Positions 38,390 to 53,100 are shown, counted from the stretch's first letter. The stretch: 64,000 bases of DNA from Octopus vulgaris (GCA_951406725.2 OX597829.1:33046001-33110000); one strand, 5' to 3'. A program made the numbers and translations. Notes: generated by a model from the letters alone, not told the origin.

Positions 38390-39652
38390 ATGCTTTTCAC
38401 AGTTATCTGAGCTGGTCACAATCCTACCTGTCCTACCTGTTCATATTAGCTAATTATTGGTTGGCAGGATACTCTTGTGATGAGGTAATTGGTTTTGGCC
38501 ATCAACACCTTGATGGAATTTTTTAAGTTCAGAAAACAAATCTACTGCAAGTCATCTCAAGTCCATCAGTTCACTGCCTTGGACTGATAAAAGGCAAAGC
38601 TGACCATGGCAGGATTTGAACTCAAAGCAAAGAGAGCTGGAACAAATATCATAAGGCTTTTTATCCAATGCTCCAATGACTCTCCTAATTCTCTGCCTTC
38701 ACAATTAAATGGTTAATAGTAATTAGTCATTCAAATGTGATGTCGGTATAGAAACTGCTTTATCAACCAGGAAGACTGTTACTAAGGACTAAACTGTGAT
38801 GTTTTTGTTGTTGATTAGTCCCAGAACAGACTGATAATCCAAGGCATTCCAGCTATGACCATCCCTCTCTTTTCTTAGGTATAGTATAGCTAGGACTACA
38901 TCATACTTTGTCCTTTTTTAAGACAATAGGGTAAGATTTGAGAGATGTTATCTATTTCTAGCAGGTTGAGTAACTACTTAGCTATATTTGAAGAATCAGC
39001 ATACCCTCATGTGGTGTGGGAGAGGAGGAAAAAGTAGGATTTGTATGTATAAGTGTGAAAATTCTTGTTTATGACAATTGTCACAACTAGATATATTTTT
39101 AAACTGAATATCTTATCTTCCTGACACTGACTGTGATTTAGTTGTATGTTTTACCAACCAGGCAGACTGAGGCTATTACAGTAATGTTATTGTTGCTGCT
39201 TGACCCTAGGTCAACCCTGATCAAGTAGAGCTATGATGAAAAACATTCCAACCATGGCCAGCCTGTCTTTTTAGGGATATGTACAGCTACATTATTTAGT
39301 GTGCTCTTTCCTAAAATAGTATGGTTGAATTTGGAAGAGATTTGGCTGCTACTTCTAGCATATCAAGTTTCTATATAGAGACTTCTTCGGTGGCTCATGT
39401 ATAGTAATGTATCTTGTGTAAGACAGTGCAACACAAGGATTGGAACAAAGTTTGATCCTAGTACATTCTGCTCAGTAATTTAATTCCTTAATATCACTCG
39501 ATTCTCAATTGTAGTATAGCTCCCAAGTGTAGCAAAGAGAGAAGAGAGTTATACTGTGTTAAATTAACATGTTTGTCTGTTTTGCTATGTAAATATCATG
39601 ATAAATCTGTGCTCATACAATTGTATTGACACACAAAATTTTATTCTTCCAG

Positions 39653-39729
39653 GCGGACACACTTTATCTGGCGCTTGCTTAGAACCAAGAGCTTTAGATG
39701 AGCTCTTTCCAAATTGGAGTGATATGGAG
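39653..39729 (+). CDS. ETFDH: ETFDH coding exon 4 (GHTLSGACLEPRALDELFPNWSDME)
   Basis: ttccag acceptor and GAG|GTAAGT donor. Conserved GHTLSGAC.EP.AL.ELFP.W. Confidence 0.96.
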
Positions 39730-41039
39730 GTAAGTAGATACCTTGATTTAAAGAAAGGGACTGTTTGAAACAAATTTACAGAATATCAAGAATCTAAATA
39801 ATTAAGACAATCTTCTGAAGATACTACACTTTGTTATTTGACAACAAATTGGCAGAATCATGAGAGTGTAGAACAAAACCCTTGTACTTTGAGTTCAGAT
39901 CCTGCCATTGTTAACTTTGCCTTTCATCCTTGGTAAAATAAAATACTAGTCTAGGGCAGTGGATTGATAAAATTGTCAGATAAGATTATGCAGCTCTTTG
40001 TTCCAGCTCTTTGATTCTGAGTTCTTAAGCTTAATCTGATGCCCATCATTTGATCCTTGGGAGCCTTTGGCAGAATTCATTCTATCACAAGCATTCAGAT
40101 TAATTTTCCTGTTTTAGGATAATGTCCTTTCTTTCCTGAAGTCTCAAAGGTTATGAGCATTGCCGTTCCCTACTTTACTAACTGGAGTTTATATTAATGC
40201 TCAAATGGTTCAGGATTTTCAGCAAAAAGACAAAGATTAGATGTCCATATTAACACATTGAACCAGAGGCATTTGTGGTTAGCAAAGTATAAACCTCAGA
40301 CCAGATGCACCACTCTAACATATGAGTAGTGTGTCTGGTCTGAGATTTATACTGTAGTTATCATAATTCTGATTTCTACATAAAGAGATTTACATGTGAT
40401 ATTTGGAGGTGGTCATGAAAACTGGCAACTCATGAGCAAACCATAATATCTCATTTTTTACTCAGTCGTGCAAAACTAAACTGAAGAAATTCAGATAAGA
40501 CAAGTTGGTATTTACTGATATTTTGTTGTCATTAATCTTCACATTTATTAGGGAGGTATCAACTCTACTGTCAGTGTATAGAGCAACTTGCATGATGTTT
40601 GTATTCATAGTGCAATGCTGCAACTTGTGCACAAGCATCAAGCAGAGGGTTTGTGAATGAAAACTTGGAAGAAATGAAGTTAGCATATTTCTCTGGATGT
40701 GTAATGTTAGTATGTATAAATAATAAAGTACAAATGAGCTGAAAGTAAAACTGGATATAAGAAGAATCAGATGTCATGTGTAACAGAGAAGACTGTATTG
40801 GTATGTGATGCACATGTGAAAGACAACAGCCATGTAAAGAAATTCCAAGCACACACATTATGTGAATCCTGTGGAAGGGATCTAGAAATATCTAGAATGA
40901 AGTGGAGAAGACTAACCTCAAAATGTTGAGCTTCATAAAGATGACAGAAGCCTGCTATGCTTGACAACATTAAAGGCTGGGAATAAGAGAAGTTGGGTCA
41001 TGCTTGGAAGAAATCTTCAACTGAACTCCTCACAGGTGG

Positions 41040-44000
41040 GAAACAGTAGTTCAAACTCTTCTGGATGAACAATAGTGACAATAGATATACCATTAGCTGA
41101 GAGGTGGATAGATGATATAATAAATGTATTCAGGGTGTGTGATAGGATAATTAAGTTAAGACTAATTGTAGGCAACACAATAGCAGCATTTATCTTGACA
41201 TATGCGTCACAAGTGGGACTGCCAGGAGCACAGAAGGATTGCTTGTATGAAGCCCTTCTACAGATTACTTCAGTGACAAATAACAGCAACCTCATTATTG
41301 TAGCTGGTGACTTCAGTGGACATGTTAGCCAACACACTGATGGCTTTCGCAATATACATGGAGGATATGGTTATGGCTCAAGAAATAAAGCAAGTTTTGT
41401 GATACTACTGATCTAACAATTTACAACACACTCTTTAACAAACCATCCAACCACCGCATTGCCTGCTAATCTGCAAACACACAAGTCAAAGTGTCATTAA
41501 GAAACAGGACAGAAAGATGAATGCACTACTCAACATAGGTTATTAGCTAGTGACTTCTGTGTCAGAGTTAGGCTGACTCAGAAAAGAAAACAGCATAGAG
41601 AAGAAAGGTTTGGAAATTAAAAGATCCAACAACTGGGAATAGGGTTAGAGTAATTCTAAATGATACACATGACTGTAGGGAAGAAGATTTAGATACTTGT
41701 AGTATAGATGACAACTGGGAATTTGTACAAGATAACCTGCTTAAAGCTACAAATCTGATGTGGCTGGAGCCACAAACCAAAAGTAACGTGGTGGCGGAAT
41801 GATAAGATTGATAGGGCAGTAAAGGCTAAGAGACTGGCTTGGGAGGACTGGAAGAATGGTAGTAGTAGTAGTAAGGAGCACTACTTAATGACTAGAGATT
41901 TGCATGTCCTGTAATGTGAGGATCTGAAGTGAGAAGTGTTCAGGATTGTGAGAAAATGTGTGAAAGAGAAGTGAGATGTATTTGGAATGAGGAAGGCAAA
42001 CTCGCCATTAATATGGAACATAAGAAACTGGCATGGAAGTGCTATTGTGAAAAGCTGCTAAATGTAGAAAATGCATGGGATAAACAGGGATTACCCTACT
42101 GTGCTGATCCCATACAGAGATCAGCAATTCAAGTTAACTGCAGTGTGATAAATAAAATGATCAAGAACATGGAAAGAGGGAAAAGTGTGAATCAGGAATA
42201 GACACTTGGAATATATGGGAAAGTAGGATACAAGATTACCACCCAAACAGTTAATTAAATCATAGAAGAAAGTGTCATGCCCAACAACTGACATAGCAGT
42301 ATAATCATAAACTACTATAAGGGCAAAGGGGATGCTTCACGGAGAAGCAACTATAGAGGAGTCAAATTTCTAGAATGAAGGTCACAGAGAGAGCCATAAC
42401 CCAATTCATCCATGATAGAGTTGACCTGGATGAAAAGCACTTAGGCTTTGTCCCTGGAAAAGGCATCACAGATGCAATCTTCCTAGTGAGGCCACTACAG
42501 GAGAAGAGAAATGCTTGACTAAGAATAAACTACTATATCTGGCTTTCGTTGATTTGGAGAAAGCAATTAACAATTCAGTAATCTAGTGAGCTCTGAAGAA
42601 ATTAGTTGAAGACATGATTTTTGCGAGTGGTTCAAGTTATGTACTAGTACATTTGGCAGTGACTTCAGTGATGAACTTAGTGTAAAGGTAGGAATCCATC
42701 AAGGTTCAGTCCTCAGTCCTCTCCTAATCATTATAGACTTTAAGAATTTAAGAGTTGTTACCTTTGGAGACATCTATATGCTGATAATCTAGTTCACATA
42801 ACTGAATCCATAAGGGAATTAAAGAAGAAACACTAGGCATGGAAGCTAAACCTAATATTGGGAGGCCTTAAGATAAACCTAGCAAAGACAAAGGTTTTAG
42901 TAAACGGGAAAGAAGATAGGATCCCGGTACCTTCAAGGAAATGGCCTTGCTCAGTATGCAGAAAAGGTGTAAGTATAAACTCCATATGCACTCGATAAAT
43001 ACTACAGACACATAAAAAATGTAGTGGAATAACTGGCAGACTATCCAGTAATGTAAATTTCATATGTGATAGATACACTGGAGCAGTACATATAAGCACA
43101 CCTGAAACTGAGTCTTTTAAATGCCCAAACTGCTCACTAGAAGTAGTTAATAGCTTATGTTATCTAGGTGATATAATTAACAAGGGAGGGGTTGCTCTGA
43201 AAGTATAGTAGCTAGAGAGAGAATTTGGTTGCAGGAAGTTCATGGAACGACTAACACTGCCGGCAACAAAGTTCTTTTCTCTAAGAGTGAAGGGCAGACA
43301 ATATGATGCTTGTATTAAAACTTTGATGAGACATGGGCCTTGAAGACAGAGGACTTGAGAAGACTGGAAAGAAATGAAACAAGCATGTTTCATTGGATGT
43401 GTAATGTGAGTTTGCAAGAAAGAATTAGTACAGAGGTGCTGAATGAAAAATTGGGCATAAGAGGAATCAGATATACAAGAAAGAAAACTGCACTGATATA
43501 GACATGTGATGTGAATGGATAAGAGCAGCTGTATAAAAAAGTGCCAATTACTAAATGTTGTCAGAACTTGTGGAGGAGAGAAGCCCAGGAAGACATGAGA
43601 GAAGTGGTTTAGGCTGAGTGCAGGACCATCAGCTTGACAGAGAAGATGATAAAGGATTAGGCTTACCTCTTTTCCCTTCCACTACCCCCCCCCCCCAGCT
43701 CTTGCAGACTACCAACCATATCATCCCTCTCCCTTGTCTTCCCTCCCCCACTGACAACTGTATCACCTTTACTACTGCTATTCACACCCCTTCACTCTCT
43801 TCTGCATCTTCTTTATCTCTCCCAACTTATAGCTCCTTGCTCATCCACCTTTCTATTCTACTCATTTTGTCACTCTGCCTCTCTATCTCCTCAGCTACCT
43901 AAGCACCCTATTGTTATTATCTATTTCATGCAGCTTCAACTATTCATTTTCTCTCCCTTCCCCTATTAGATGTGAGTAGCCATGCAAACCCCTCTACAAG

Positions 44001-44280
44001 AACCTGCACTGCCACACTCTGCTTCCCATAGTTCAATCTCCTTGTTCCCTAACAAGAAGCTGATCTCCCTATCAAGGTTTGTAGTTTTGGAAGCTGCATG
44101 GTGACCTCAATAGTACAGGTGATGTGAAAAAAAGCACCCAGTCTAGACTATGAAGTGGTTGGTGTTAGGAAAGGCATCCAGCTATGGGAAATATGCCAAA
44201 GCAGATATTGGAGCATGTGTCAGTGGACACATCGAATTCTATCCAACCTATGTCAGATACAGACATTAGATGATGATGAA
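41040..44280 (+). mobile_element. Near-full-length decayed RTE-clade LINE (APE + RT + 3' UTR)
   Basis: APE: DRIIKLRL..YASQVG..IVAGDFSGHV (ORF 41075..41416). RT: GFVPGKGITDAIF, FVDLEKA, GIHQGSVLSPLL, YADNL. 3' UTR GGTGTTAGGAAAGGCATCCAGC and (GAT)n tail at ~44270. A further 3' fragment at ~40590-40960. Confidence 0.85.
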
Positions 44281-45028
44281 AATGTATATTATTTTGCACT
44301 GCAGCCTCCTGACACCACCAACACGGGCTCCAACAATCAAGTCAGTAGCTCAGGAAAACTGCAGGCCAGCTGAGCAAGCCAACTTGCTTAGAGAGGAAGA
44401 AGTAGTAGTTATAGAAGCCAGAAGAGTTGACAATAACAAACAAAACCGTTGAGTATGAGCAAAATATAAGAATTTTTGAGACAAATGAAAATTTATGGAA
44501 TATATTTTAGTGAGTTTTTTCATTTACCTCTAAAATGTGTAGAATAGACTTCTTTGTTGAGCTCTTCTTCACCAATCAAATGATTTATTTTCTATCTTTT
44601 TCAACTGGACTTTAGTGTTACTTCTGATTCACATTAGTCTGGTAGCCAACTTCACATTCCATGTTCTTTACGTTGCTCAGTTTACACTGATTATTTTCAC
44701 AGCCAGTTCAAAACTGTCCTCCTCGCAGCAAAGACACTACTGTTCACATTAACCAACCGACATCCATTGTCACATCAAACCAACTTATCAACTGATGCCA
44801 AGTGTCCCTTGATACCAACCACTGTGTCAACTGTTCCACATGAACTGCTCAACATCAACCACCTCACACTGACTGCATGGTACTAACCCACACATCGACT
44901 GCCTCACATTGGCTCCTGGCAACAGACTGCTGTATCAACTGTTCACATAAATTACTCACATCGACTGCCAGCACTCACTTGAAACCATCTGTCCAACACC
45001 AACTCACACACGTCAACCACTGCACATC

Positions 45029-46791
45029 TGTTTTTTTTATTACCCACTAGGGGCGAACATAGAGGGGACAATACAATCTGATGTGGGGTCAGATACACGA
45101 ATGGGATTACAAAAAGATGAATTTTAAAATTTACAAAAATTACAAAAATATGAAGAAATCGAATGAAGAACAGACCGGAAGACATTACGGATGGAGTGGG
45201 AGCGGGTTTAGCTCGGACCCCACGAGCCCCGCCTCCCCACTGATACTTTGGTTTCATCTAGTATTACATTTATGTGGTATCATTCACTTGCAACTTTCGT
45301 ACTACATCCTTCCATCGTTCTTCATACACTCTCTTAGTCAGGCATTTTCTCTCCAGCCCTATCTTCCTTTTTAGGTGAAAGATGAAGTAATTCATCAATC
45401 CAGGGCCGGAGATGAACTTACCTGACCGTAAACCATTCATCCTAGTCTTCCAAATTACCTCTTTCGCAATTGCTACTACAACGAGAAAACAATTCTTACC
45501 TTCTTTCGCGAGGAAATCTGGTGGGTCAATTTTTATAATAGACTCAGTCGACAGCTGTACTCTTCGTGTGCTTGACAACAGCTGTTCGGCATAAACCCAC
45601 ACCTCTGACTCGACCGAACAATGAACAATAGCGTGCGGGACGGTTTCCCTATTCCGCTCGCATCTTGGACATATCAGACTGCCCCGGCCACCGTGCCTTG
45701 CGAGTTTATCCCGAACAGGTAGAGCTCCTCTGTAACACCAGAGACTTCTGGTAATTGTCCAGGGTCTTCGGCCCGAATGTACGTTGGAACAGACTGGCCA
45801 GCTGATTATCGTCGAGACCTAGGGCTTCCCCTAAGGTATCTTCACATTCCGCCTCTACCAACCCTCTATAGAAGAATGTGGTGGAACCCCCACCGCAGGC
45901 GTTGCCCAAGCGACGGAATAGCAGGAGAGCCTTGCAACACTCCGTGTACCATGTGCCCAGTTTCGATCTACGATTCAGCCAGGTTTCCCGTCCACCGAAA
46001 CTAGTGAACTTGGGAAACATCAGTTTTGCTAGCGGAGACCACACCCGTTCACCATCCAGGTAGAGCAACAGATGTCTTAACCTCAGCGCATGTCTGCGCA
46101 TCATCAGCCAAGGCATCCCTAGTCCACCCTTTAACGGTTGTTTACAGCAAGTAGAGCGTTTCACAAGTGGTTTCACGCCCTTCCACAAGAAGTAGAAGAG
46201 CTGTCTTTCCAACTTGATCAACCACGAATCAGGGCAAGGAACGACGGATAGGCGGTAGGTGATAACCGATGCGATAAACACATTGGCTACCTCCGCCCTT
46301 CCTTTCAGGGATAGCCACCGCCAAGACCAGGTCTTGACTGCCGTAGCCACCCTGCTCGATACGTCGCCCCAGTTCTTCTCTATTTGGAGGTCTGGTCCGA
46401 ACCAAACCCCTAGCAACTTAATCGGACCCCCCGTCCAACGTCCTTCGACACTGTCAGGCGGCATCGACTTGCCTCTCCAGGTGCCGAGCTGCAAGCCGAC
46501 TGACTTTTCACGATTAACCTTTGCTCCTGTCACTGTCTCGTAGACCTCTATGGCCTTGCCTACCCTCTGTAGGTGATCCATTTCGGTTACGATGATGGTG
46601 ATGTCATCTGCGTAAGCTGACACCGATTTTCCACAACCTGGCTGTCTCGGGATGCCGCTCAGTTTTCACAGTAGTGGCTCAAGAGCCACCACGTACAAAA
46701 GCGGGGAGAGCGGACACCCTTGACGAACCGAGCGCTTGGTGTTGAACGGCCTCGAAAAGAAGCCGTTCACCCGAACTACCGAGTCGATGTT
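45029..46791 (-). mobile_element. 5'-truncated Tx1-type (L1 group) LINE with poly(A) tail and 16-bp TSD
   Basis: VRQGCPLSPLLY, SAYADD, GAKVNREKS, KLLGVWFG, WRWLSLKGR, FLWKG, KGGLGMP, and C-terminal CPRC...ETVPHAIVHC. TSD TCAACCACTGCACATC at 45013-45028 and 46792-46807. Confidence 0.92.
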
Positions 46792-47195
46792 TCAACCACT
46801 GCACATCAGCTCCTAGCACAGACCACAGTATTTATAGTCAGTCCACACAGTAAAAGCGTGCCAAACCATCCAGCTTACTTTTAAACAGTCACGTGACCAA
46901 AATGAATTATTTTTTCATTAGGATTAATTTTTTATTTATGTCTTCCTTTGTAAAATTAGAGAGCAGTGTTCTAATTCACGTAGTACCATCTGAAATTATA
47001 TTCAGGTAATTTCTCATTTGTAACAATAAGGCTATTACCAGTTTAAATTTGCTTGGGCCATATTTGGACCTGTAAGCAAACCATTCACTGTGCTTTGCCT
47101 CAGACAAAATTTCTTGCTGTAGACAAATGGTGCAAATACACAAAAATCAGCTTGCAGCACCACCTACCCAGGCTGTGAAATGAGAACATTTTGGA

Positions 47196-47425
47196 GTGGC
47201 AAGCTGGCAGAAACGTTAGCACGCCGGACGAAATGCTTAGCGGTATTTCGTCTGCCGTTACGTTGTAAGTTCAAATTCCGCCGAGGTCGACTTTGCCTTT
47301 CATCCTTTCGGGGTCGATAAATTAAGTACCAGTCACGCACTGGGGTCGATGTAATCGACTTAATACCTATGTCTGTCCTTGTTTGTCCCCTCTGTGTTTA
47401 GCCCCTTGTGGGTAGTAAAGAAATA
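47196..47425 (+). mobile_element. tRNA-derived SINE, family B
   Basis: TGGCAGAAACGTTAGCACG...GTTCAAATTCC (B box); central GTCGACTTTGCCTTTCATCCTTTCGGGGTCGATAAATTAAGTACC; tail TGTCCCCTCTGTGTTTAGCCCCTTGTGGGTAGTAAAG. Nearly identical to 49900-50130. Confidence 0.88.
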
Positions 47426-48708
47426 GGTTATCTCCTCTTCAATCACAGAAACCTGACTGAGTATGCTGCAAGCTGATAAGAGAGATTGTCTCCCTTAAGA
47501 TATTCTCATCATTGTACAATGACTGGTAGTGCTAATTGGCAGCTCACCACAAATTTCTGGGTATCAGCGCTAAACAATGATATGTATAAATACAAGGTAT
47601 ATTTATATACATCACAGCTTAAAGCTGCAATTTGTCTATAGCAAGAAAATTTCTCCCTGACAAAACGCAGTGAATGGCTTTCTTATGTGTTTCAAATATG
47701 CCCCAAGCATATTTGAACTCGTAATAACCTTGTTAGCACTGTCACACTGTAATATATCATCATCATCATCATCATTTAACATCCGATTTCCATGCTAGCA
47801 TAGGTTGGACAATTTGACTGAAGACTAGCGAACCAGATGGCTGCACCAGGCTCCGATCTGATCTGGCAGAGTTTCTACAGCTGGATGCCCTTCCTAACAC
47901 CAACCACTCCGAGAGTGAAGTGGGTGCTTTTATGTGCCACCAGCACAAGTGCCAGTCAGGCAGTACTGGCAACGACCACACTCAAGTGGTGTTTTTTACG
48001 TGCCACCTGCACAGGAGCAAGTCCAGCAGCACTGGCAATGACCTCGCTTGAATGCTTTTCATGTACCACCGGCACAAGTGCCAATATATATATATATCAT
48101 CATTTAATGTGCATTGTCCATGCTGGCATGGGTTAGACTGTTTGACCAGAGCTGCACCAGACTCCAGCCTGATTTGATGTGGTTTTTATGACTGGATACT
48201 CTTCTTAATGCCAACCACTTTACAGGATGTGCTGGGTGCTTTTACAAAGTACAGGACTTGTGCTTTATGTGACACTACACAGGCACTTTTACCTGGCACT
48301 GCACGGGCACTTTTATGTGACATCTCATGGACACTTTTACGTGACACTGCATGGGAGCTTTTACAGGTTGTCACACAGGCACTTTTACATGGCACCACAC
48401 AGGCGCTTTTATTTGGCACTGCCACAAGTGCTTTGCACCACCAAAAGGATTGGTCTTAATACTTTTGTGGTGTACTTCTGTGAGTCTTTTTGAGTATGGC
48501 TAGGTGCCAGGCATCTCAGTCCTTTGTCATTTCACCTGAAAGGACATTCTTCAGTACTTCATCCCATGACTTCTTGGGTCTTCCACATGCTCCATCCACT
48601 TTGAGAGATTGGCACTTCTTTATGGAGCTGTCGGCAGCCATCCACATCACATGACCAAACCAGCAGAGTCTTCTCTCTTGCACACAGCAACCAATTCTTC
48701 TTATGCCT

Positions 48709-48927
<219 letters not shown>

Positions 48928-49810
48928 TTACACCTCGAGCAGAACATATTAGCCTCATTCCTTTCTAACCTTCACATGTCCTCTGCATTCTGAGCCCACA
49001 TCTCCGAAACGATCTCACTCTCTCTCACAAAGAGAGAGATACAGAGAGAGAGACACACATAAGTAAGCACATTGGTGCAGAACAAAATGAGAAAATTTTA
49101 CTCGAATGCCAAAGATAAAGTAAAATACTGTTTTATTATGTGAAGTTTTTTCAGCATTAGTAAAATAGTATATGAGAATGTTGTGACTGGTGAAACCTAG
49201 GTATATAGTGTGGAGTACAGCAGGATAACAATAATACAGTTGGCAGTGAGGAAAGGACTGCATTGAGCTGCAGGGGTGGGGAGGGAGAGATAAACATTGT
49301 GCATGAAGAGGAGAGGTGTAGTTTGGTTTTTGTGGGTAGCATGTATGAAATTAATGTTACATGTAGGTGAAACACATAGTGCTTCCAGAACTCAGTCTCT
49401 CTGAGGTGGGTAGGTCTTCTCAAGAACTTCATCTTGGTCGATTGGCACATCCTCCATGAGCCCCAACATCTTGAGATCAGCCCTCACTACCTCATCTTAT
49501 TCTTCCTGGGTCTCCTTCTTCCATAGGTGCCATCCAATTTAAGCGATTGGTACTACTTTATGCAGCTATCTTCATTCATATACACATCACATGTCTAAAC
49601 CAACACAGTCATCTGTTTTGCATGCTACAGCTGATTCCTCTTACGGCCAACATTTCTCTCAGCACATTTGCACTTTGTTGTATATGTGCACTGATGTCAC
49701 ACATCCATCGGAGCATGGTAGCTTCATTCCTCTCTAGTCTACACATGTCTTCTGCATTCAGAGCCCATGACTCACTTCCATGGAGTTTAGCTGTTCATAC
49801 ATAAGCATCG

Positions 49811-49882
49811 TCCTCGGTAGTATAGTGGTAAGTATCCACGCCTGTCACATGGGAGACCAGGGTACGATTCCCCGCCCGGGAG
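49811..49882 (+). tRNA. tRNA-Asp(GTC), probably a pseudogene
   Basis: TCCTCGGTAGTATAGTGGTAAGTATCCACGCCTGTCACATGGGAGACCAGGGTACGATTCCCCGCCCGGGAG has the animal tRNA-Asp layout with a GTC anticodon. The anticodon and T stems carry mismatches and the T loop reads GGTACGA instead of GGTTCGA. Confidence 0.85.
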
Positions 49883-49899
49883 GCATCTTAATTTTATAA

Positions 49900-50130
49900 G
49901 GCGGCGAGCTGGCAGAAACGTTAGCACGCCGGGCGAAATGCATAGCCTTATTTCGTCTGCCGTTACGTTCTGAGTTCAAATTCCGCCGAGGTCGACTTTG
50001 CCTTTCATCCTTTCGGGGTCGATAAATTAAGTATCAGTTACGCACTGGGGTCGATGTAATCGACTTAATCCCTTTGTCTGTCCTTGTTTGTCCCCTCTAT
50101 GTTTAGCCCCTTGTGGGTAGTAAAGAAATA
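49900..50130 (+). mobile_element. tRNA-derived SINE, family B
   Basis: Full-length copy from GGCGGCGAGCTGGCAGAAACG to GTGGGTAGTAAAGAAATA. More decayed relatives at ~59030-59410 (minus) and ~57080-57210. Confidence 0.88.
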
Positions 50131-53100
50131 CATATAATCTACCTTTCGCTCTAAGAGAGTTCTTTTGTTGCCAACAGAGGTAATAACTCTCTGAACTTCC
50201 TCCATGCTATTTTTATTCTAGCAACAATACTGTCAGAACATCCTCCACTATTACTGATTTGGTCACCTAGGTGAAAGAAAATATCTATAACCTCAAAAGA
50301 GCCTTCTGGGCATTTGGGAGAGTCTAATTCCTGTGTGTCCATAGTGTTTAATGTTCCTGTACATTTGCCACATATGAAGAGACAACTTTCCTTGTTAACT
50401 TACGTGTGATTCCATTGCACCTCATATGTCTCCACAGCTTGTACTGGGTGCAGCAAATGGAATTACTTCCAACTTCTTTCCATATATATTGAGCAGGGCC
50501 GTTTACCTGATGGAAAGAGAGTTTTATCCACTTCCCTGCGCTAACAACTTCAGTCTTCACTAGATTGGCTTTAAGGCCCTTTGATTCCAGGTTTTGCTTC
50601 CATACCTAGAATTTCTTCTCCAATTCTACTACAGATTTTGCTATAAGAGTGATGTCATCAGCTTATAATAGTTCCCACTGAAAACCAGTTTTAAATTCCT
50701 CTGTTATGGCCTGGAAGACTTTGAGGAATAAGAGGCGACTAAGAATCAAGCCCTGGTGAACCCCTATTAAATTCATCACTGCACCCATGACCAACTCTCA
50801 CCCTACTAGCAGTATCGCTATACATGTCTTATACATCTCTAACAAGCCACTCCTCTACTCCTAGCTTCCTTAGAGACCACCAGATAACAGAACAGGAGAC
50901 TTTGTCAAAAGCATTCTCCAGGTCAACAAAAGCTAAGTACAATGGTCTACTTTTGGCCAGATACTTCTCCTGCAGCTGTCTCACTAGAAAGATGGCATCT
51001 GTGGGACTCTTCTAGGACACAAAACCAAACTGCATCTCATTTAGTTAAATTCTATTCCTAATCAATTGACCTATAACTCTTTGTAACTTTCATGGCCTGG
51101 TCCAGTAGTTTGATACCTCTGTAGTTGTATCTATCTAAGGCATAGCCTTTACCCTTGTAGCAGCTAATTATAATTCTACTACACTAGTCATTGGGGACAA
51201 TGCCTTCTTGATTAACTATATGAGTGACTAGACCATATTTTATGCCATCAGATATTTTAAACATCTTAGCAGTGGTTCTTAATGGTCCAGGAGCTTTCCT
51301 GTTTTCATATCTTTAATTGTTTTATTTATTATACTGCTATCAACTCTGATGGCTGGTCCATCAGTTGGTTCAATATTTGAAAGACTCACCTTCTCCCATG
51401 CATTTTCCACATTTAGTAACCTTTCATCCATACCTCTTCTCTGAATCACTAAGTACAAGCATACCATTATCCATTCGCACACATTTCTCATTCACAACAT
51501 CTTTACTCTCTCTGATATACTGCTTTGCAATCCTGAACACCTCGCATCTCTGATCCTCATGCTGTAGAGCATAGGCAAATATCTTACTTTCTGCTTTTCC
51601 TTTCACTATATAAACTTGTCACCTGACTTCTCTTCTTGCTGCTTGATATAGTTCTGCTACATGGAGGTGTGTTGCCTAATGGTTAGGGTGTTTCACTAAC
51701 AATTGCCTGATCATGAGTTCAATTCCCAAGCCAGGCAGCATGTTGCGTTCTTGAGCAAAACACTTCATTTCATATTGTTCTAGTACTGTGTGGAAACCAG
51801 CATGCTAAAGAATAGACCCAACATTTCCTTTGCATGTTGTAAAAGGCAATCGAAAGAGTTCAGGAAGGATTTGCTCTCAGACCTCATAAAACTTTTACCA
51901 ACAACTATCCAAACAGACTCATGGGTCAGAGGGTTGTCACATGAGTAGTGCAAAGGTGTCTTCTGCCTGTAACTAGGAATCACCAATGAATGGTGGATGC
52001 AGCAATGCATGCCTCCATAACACTACAACTACCACCATATTTCCAGCCTTTCCACACTCATCTCTACTTTTATAGCATGATCTGCCTTTTTATTCCACCA
52101 CCATGTCACCCTCCTACAGTCCTCAGTAATCTGTCCCACTGGAATTTCCAGTTGTCCTCTAAGCTATACATCTCTAATTCCTCTTCCTCCTTCTCATCAG
52201 AAGTTTCCATTAGAATATCTCTAAATTTCTGTCAATTTACTGGGTCTTTGGGATTCCATAACTTCCTTTTCCAGACTACTTTGTTTCTCCAAGTCCCTCT
52301 AGCTCTAATTCTGAAGTTACTAACTACTAACCTATGTTGGGTTGTACATTCTTTGGCTGGGAAAGACTTTGCTTTTACAAACATCCATCTATCTTGTCTG
52401 GTGAGGATGTAGTCAATCTAGCCTATGTGCCCAGCAGACTGATAGGTTATCAGGTGGCTGACTGGTTTCCTGAAGTTAGTATTATCAGATCATTTGCATC
52501 ACAGAACTCCATGCAGTGCTGCCCAACGTGTTCATTGCAGTCACCAGCCACAATACCAAAGTTTCTGTTATTTATCATTGAGGTAGTCTGCAAAAGGACC
52601 TCATTGAATTGGTCCTTCTGATCATCAGCCAGCCCAGGCTATGGAGCATATACAGAGATGAAAGTAACCATTAATTTATGTAAGATTAATCTCAACCTGA
52701 CTACCCTATCACATACTCTGACTACCTCAGTTACCTTATCTACCCATTTTTTTCTGCCAAAAGTATGCTTACATTACCTACCCCACCATCACACCTGGAG
52801 AAGTACATTGTGTGGAAACAATTTTAATGATTAAAAAATAAATGTCCTACTGTTGACTCCAGTATTTTCAATTATCAATTCACACATGACAGATGCCCAG
52901 ACACAAACCTGGAAGTACGTATAATACTACTATTGGATAGCACAGGATAAATCTGAAGGGGGACAAGCTTTATACTGTACTCTAATACGTTTTTAACAGA
53001 ATATACCATAACTATACACACACACACACAAATATATATATGTGTGTGTTGTTTTCTCTGAGTAAAGGATAATTTATTTAACACATCTTTGAAACAGGAA

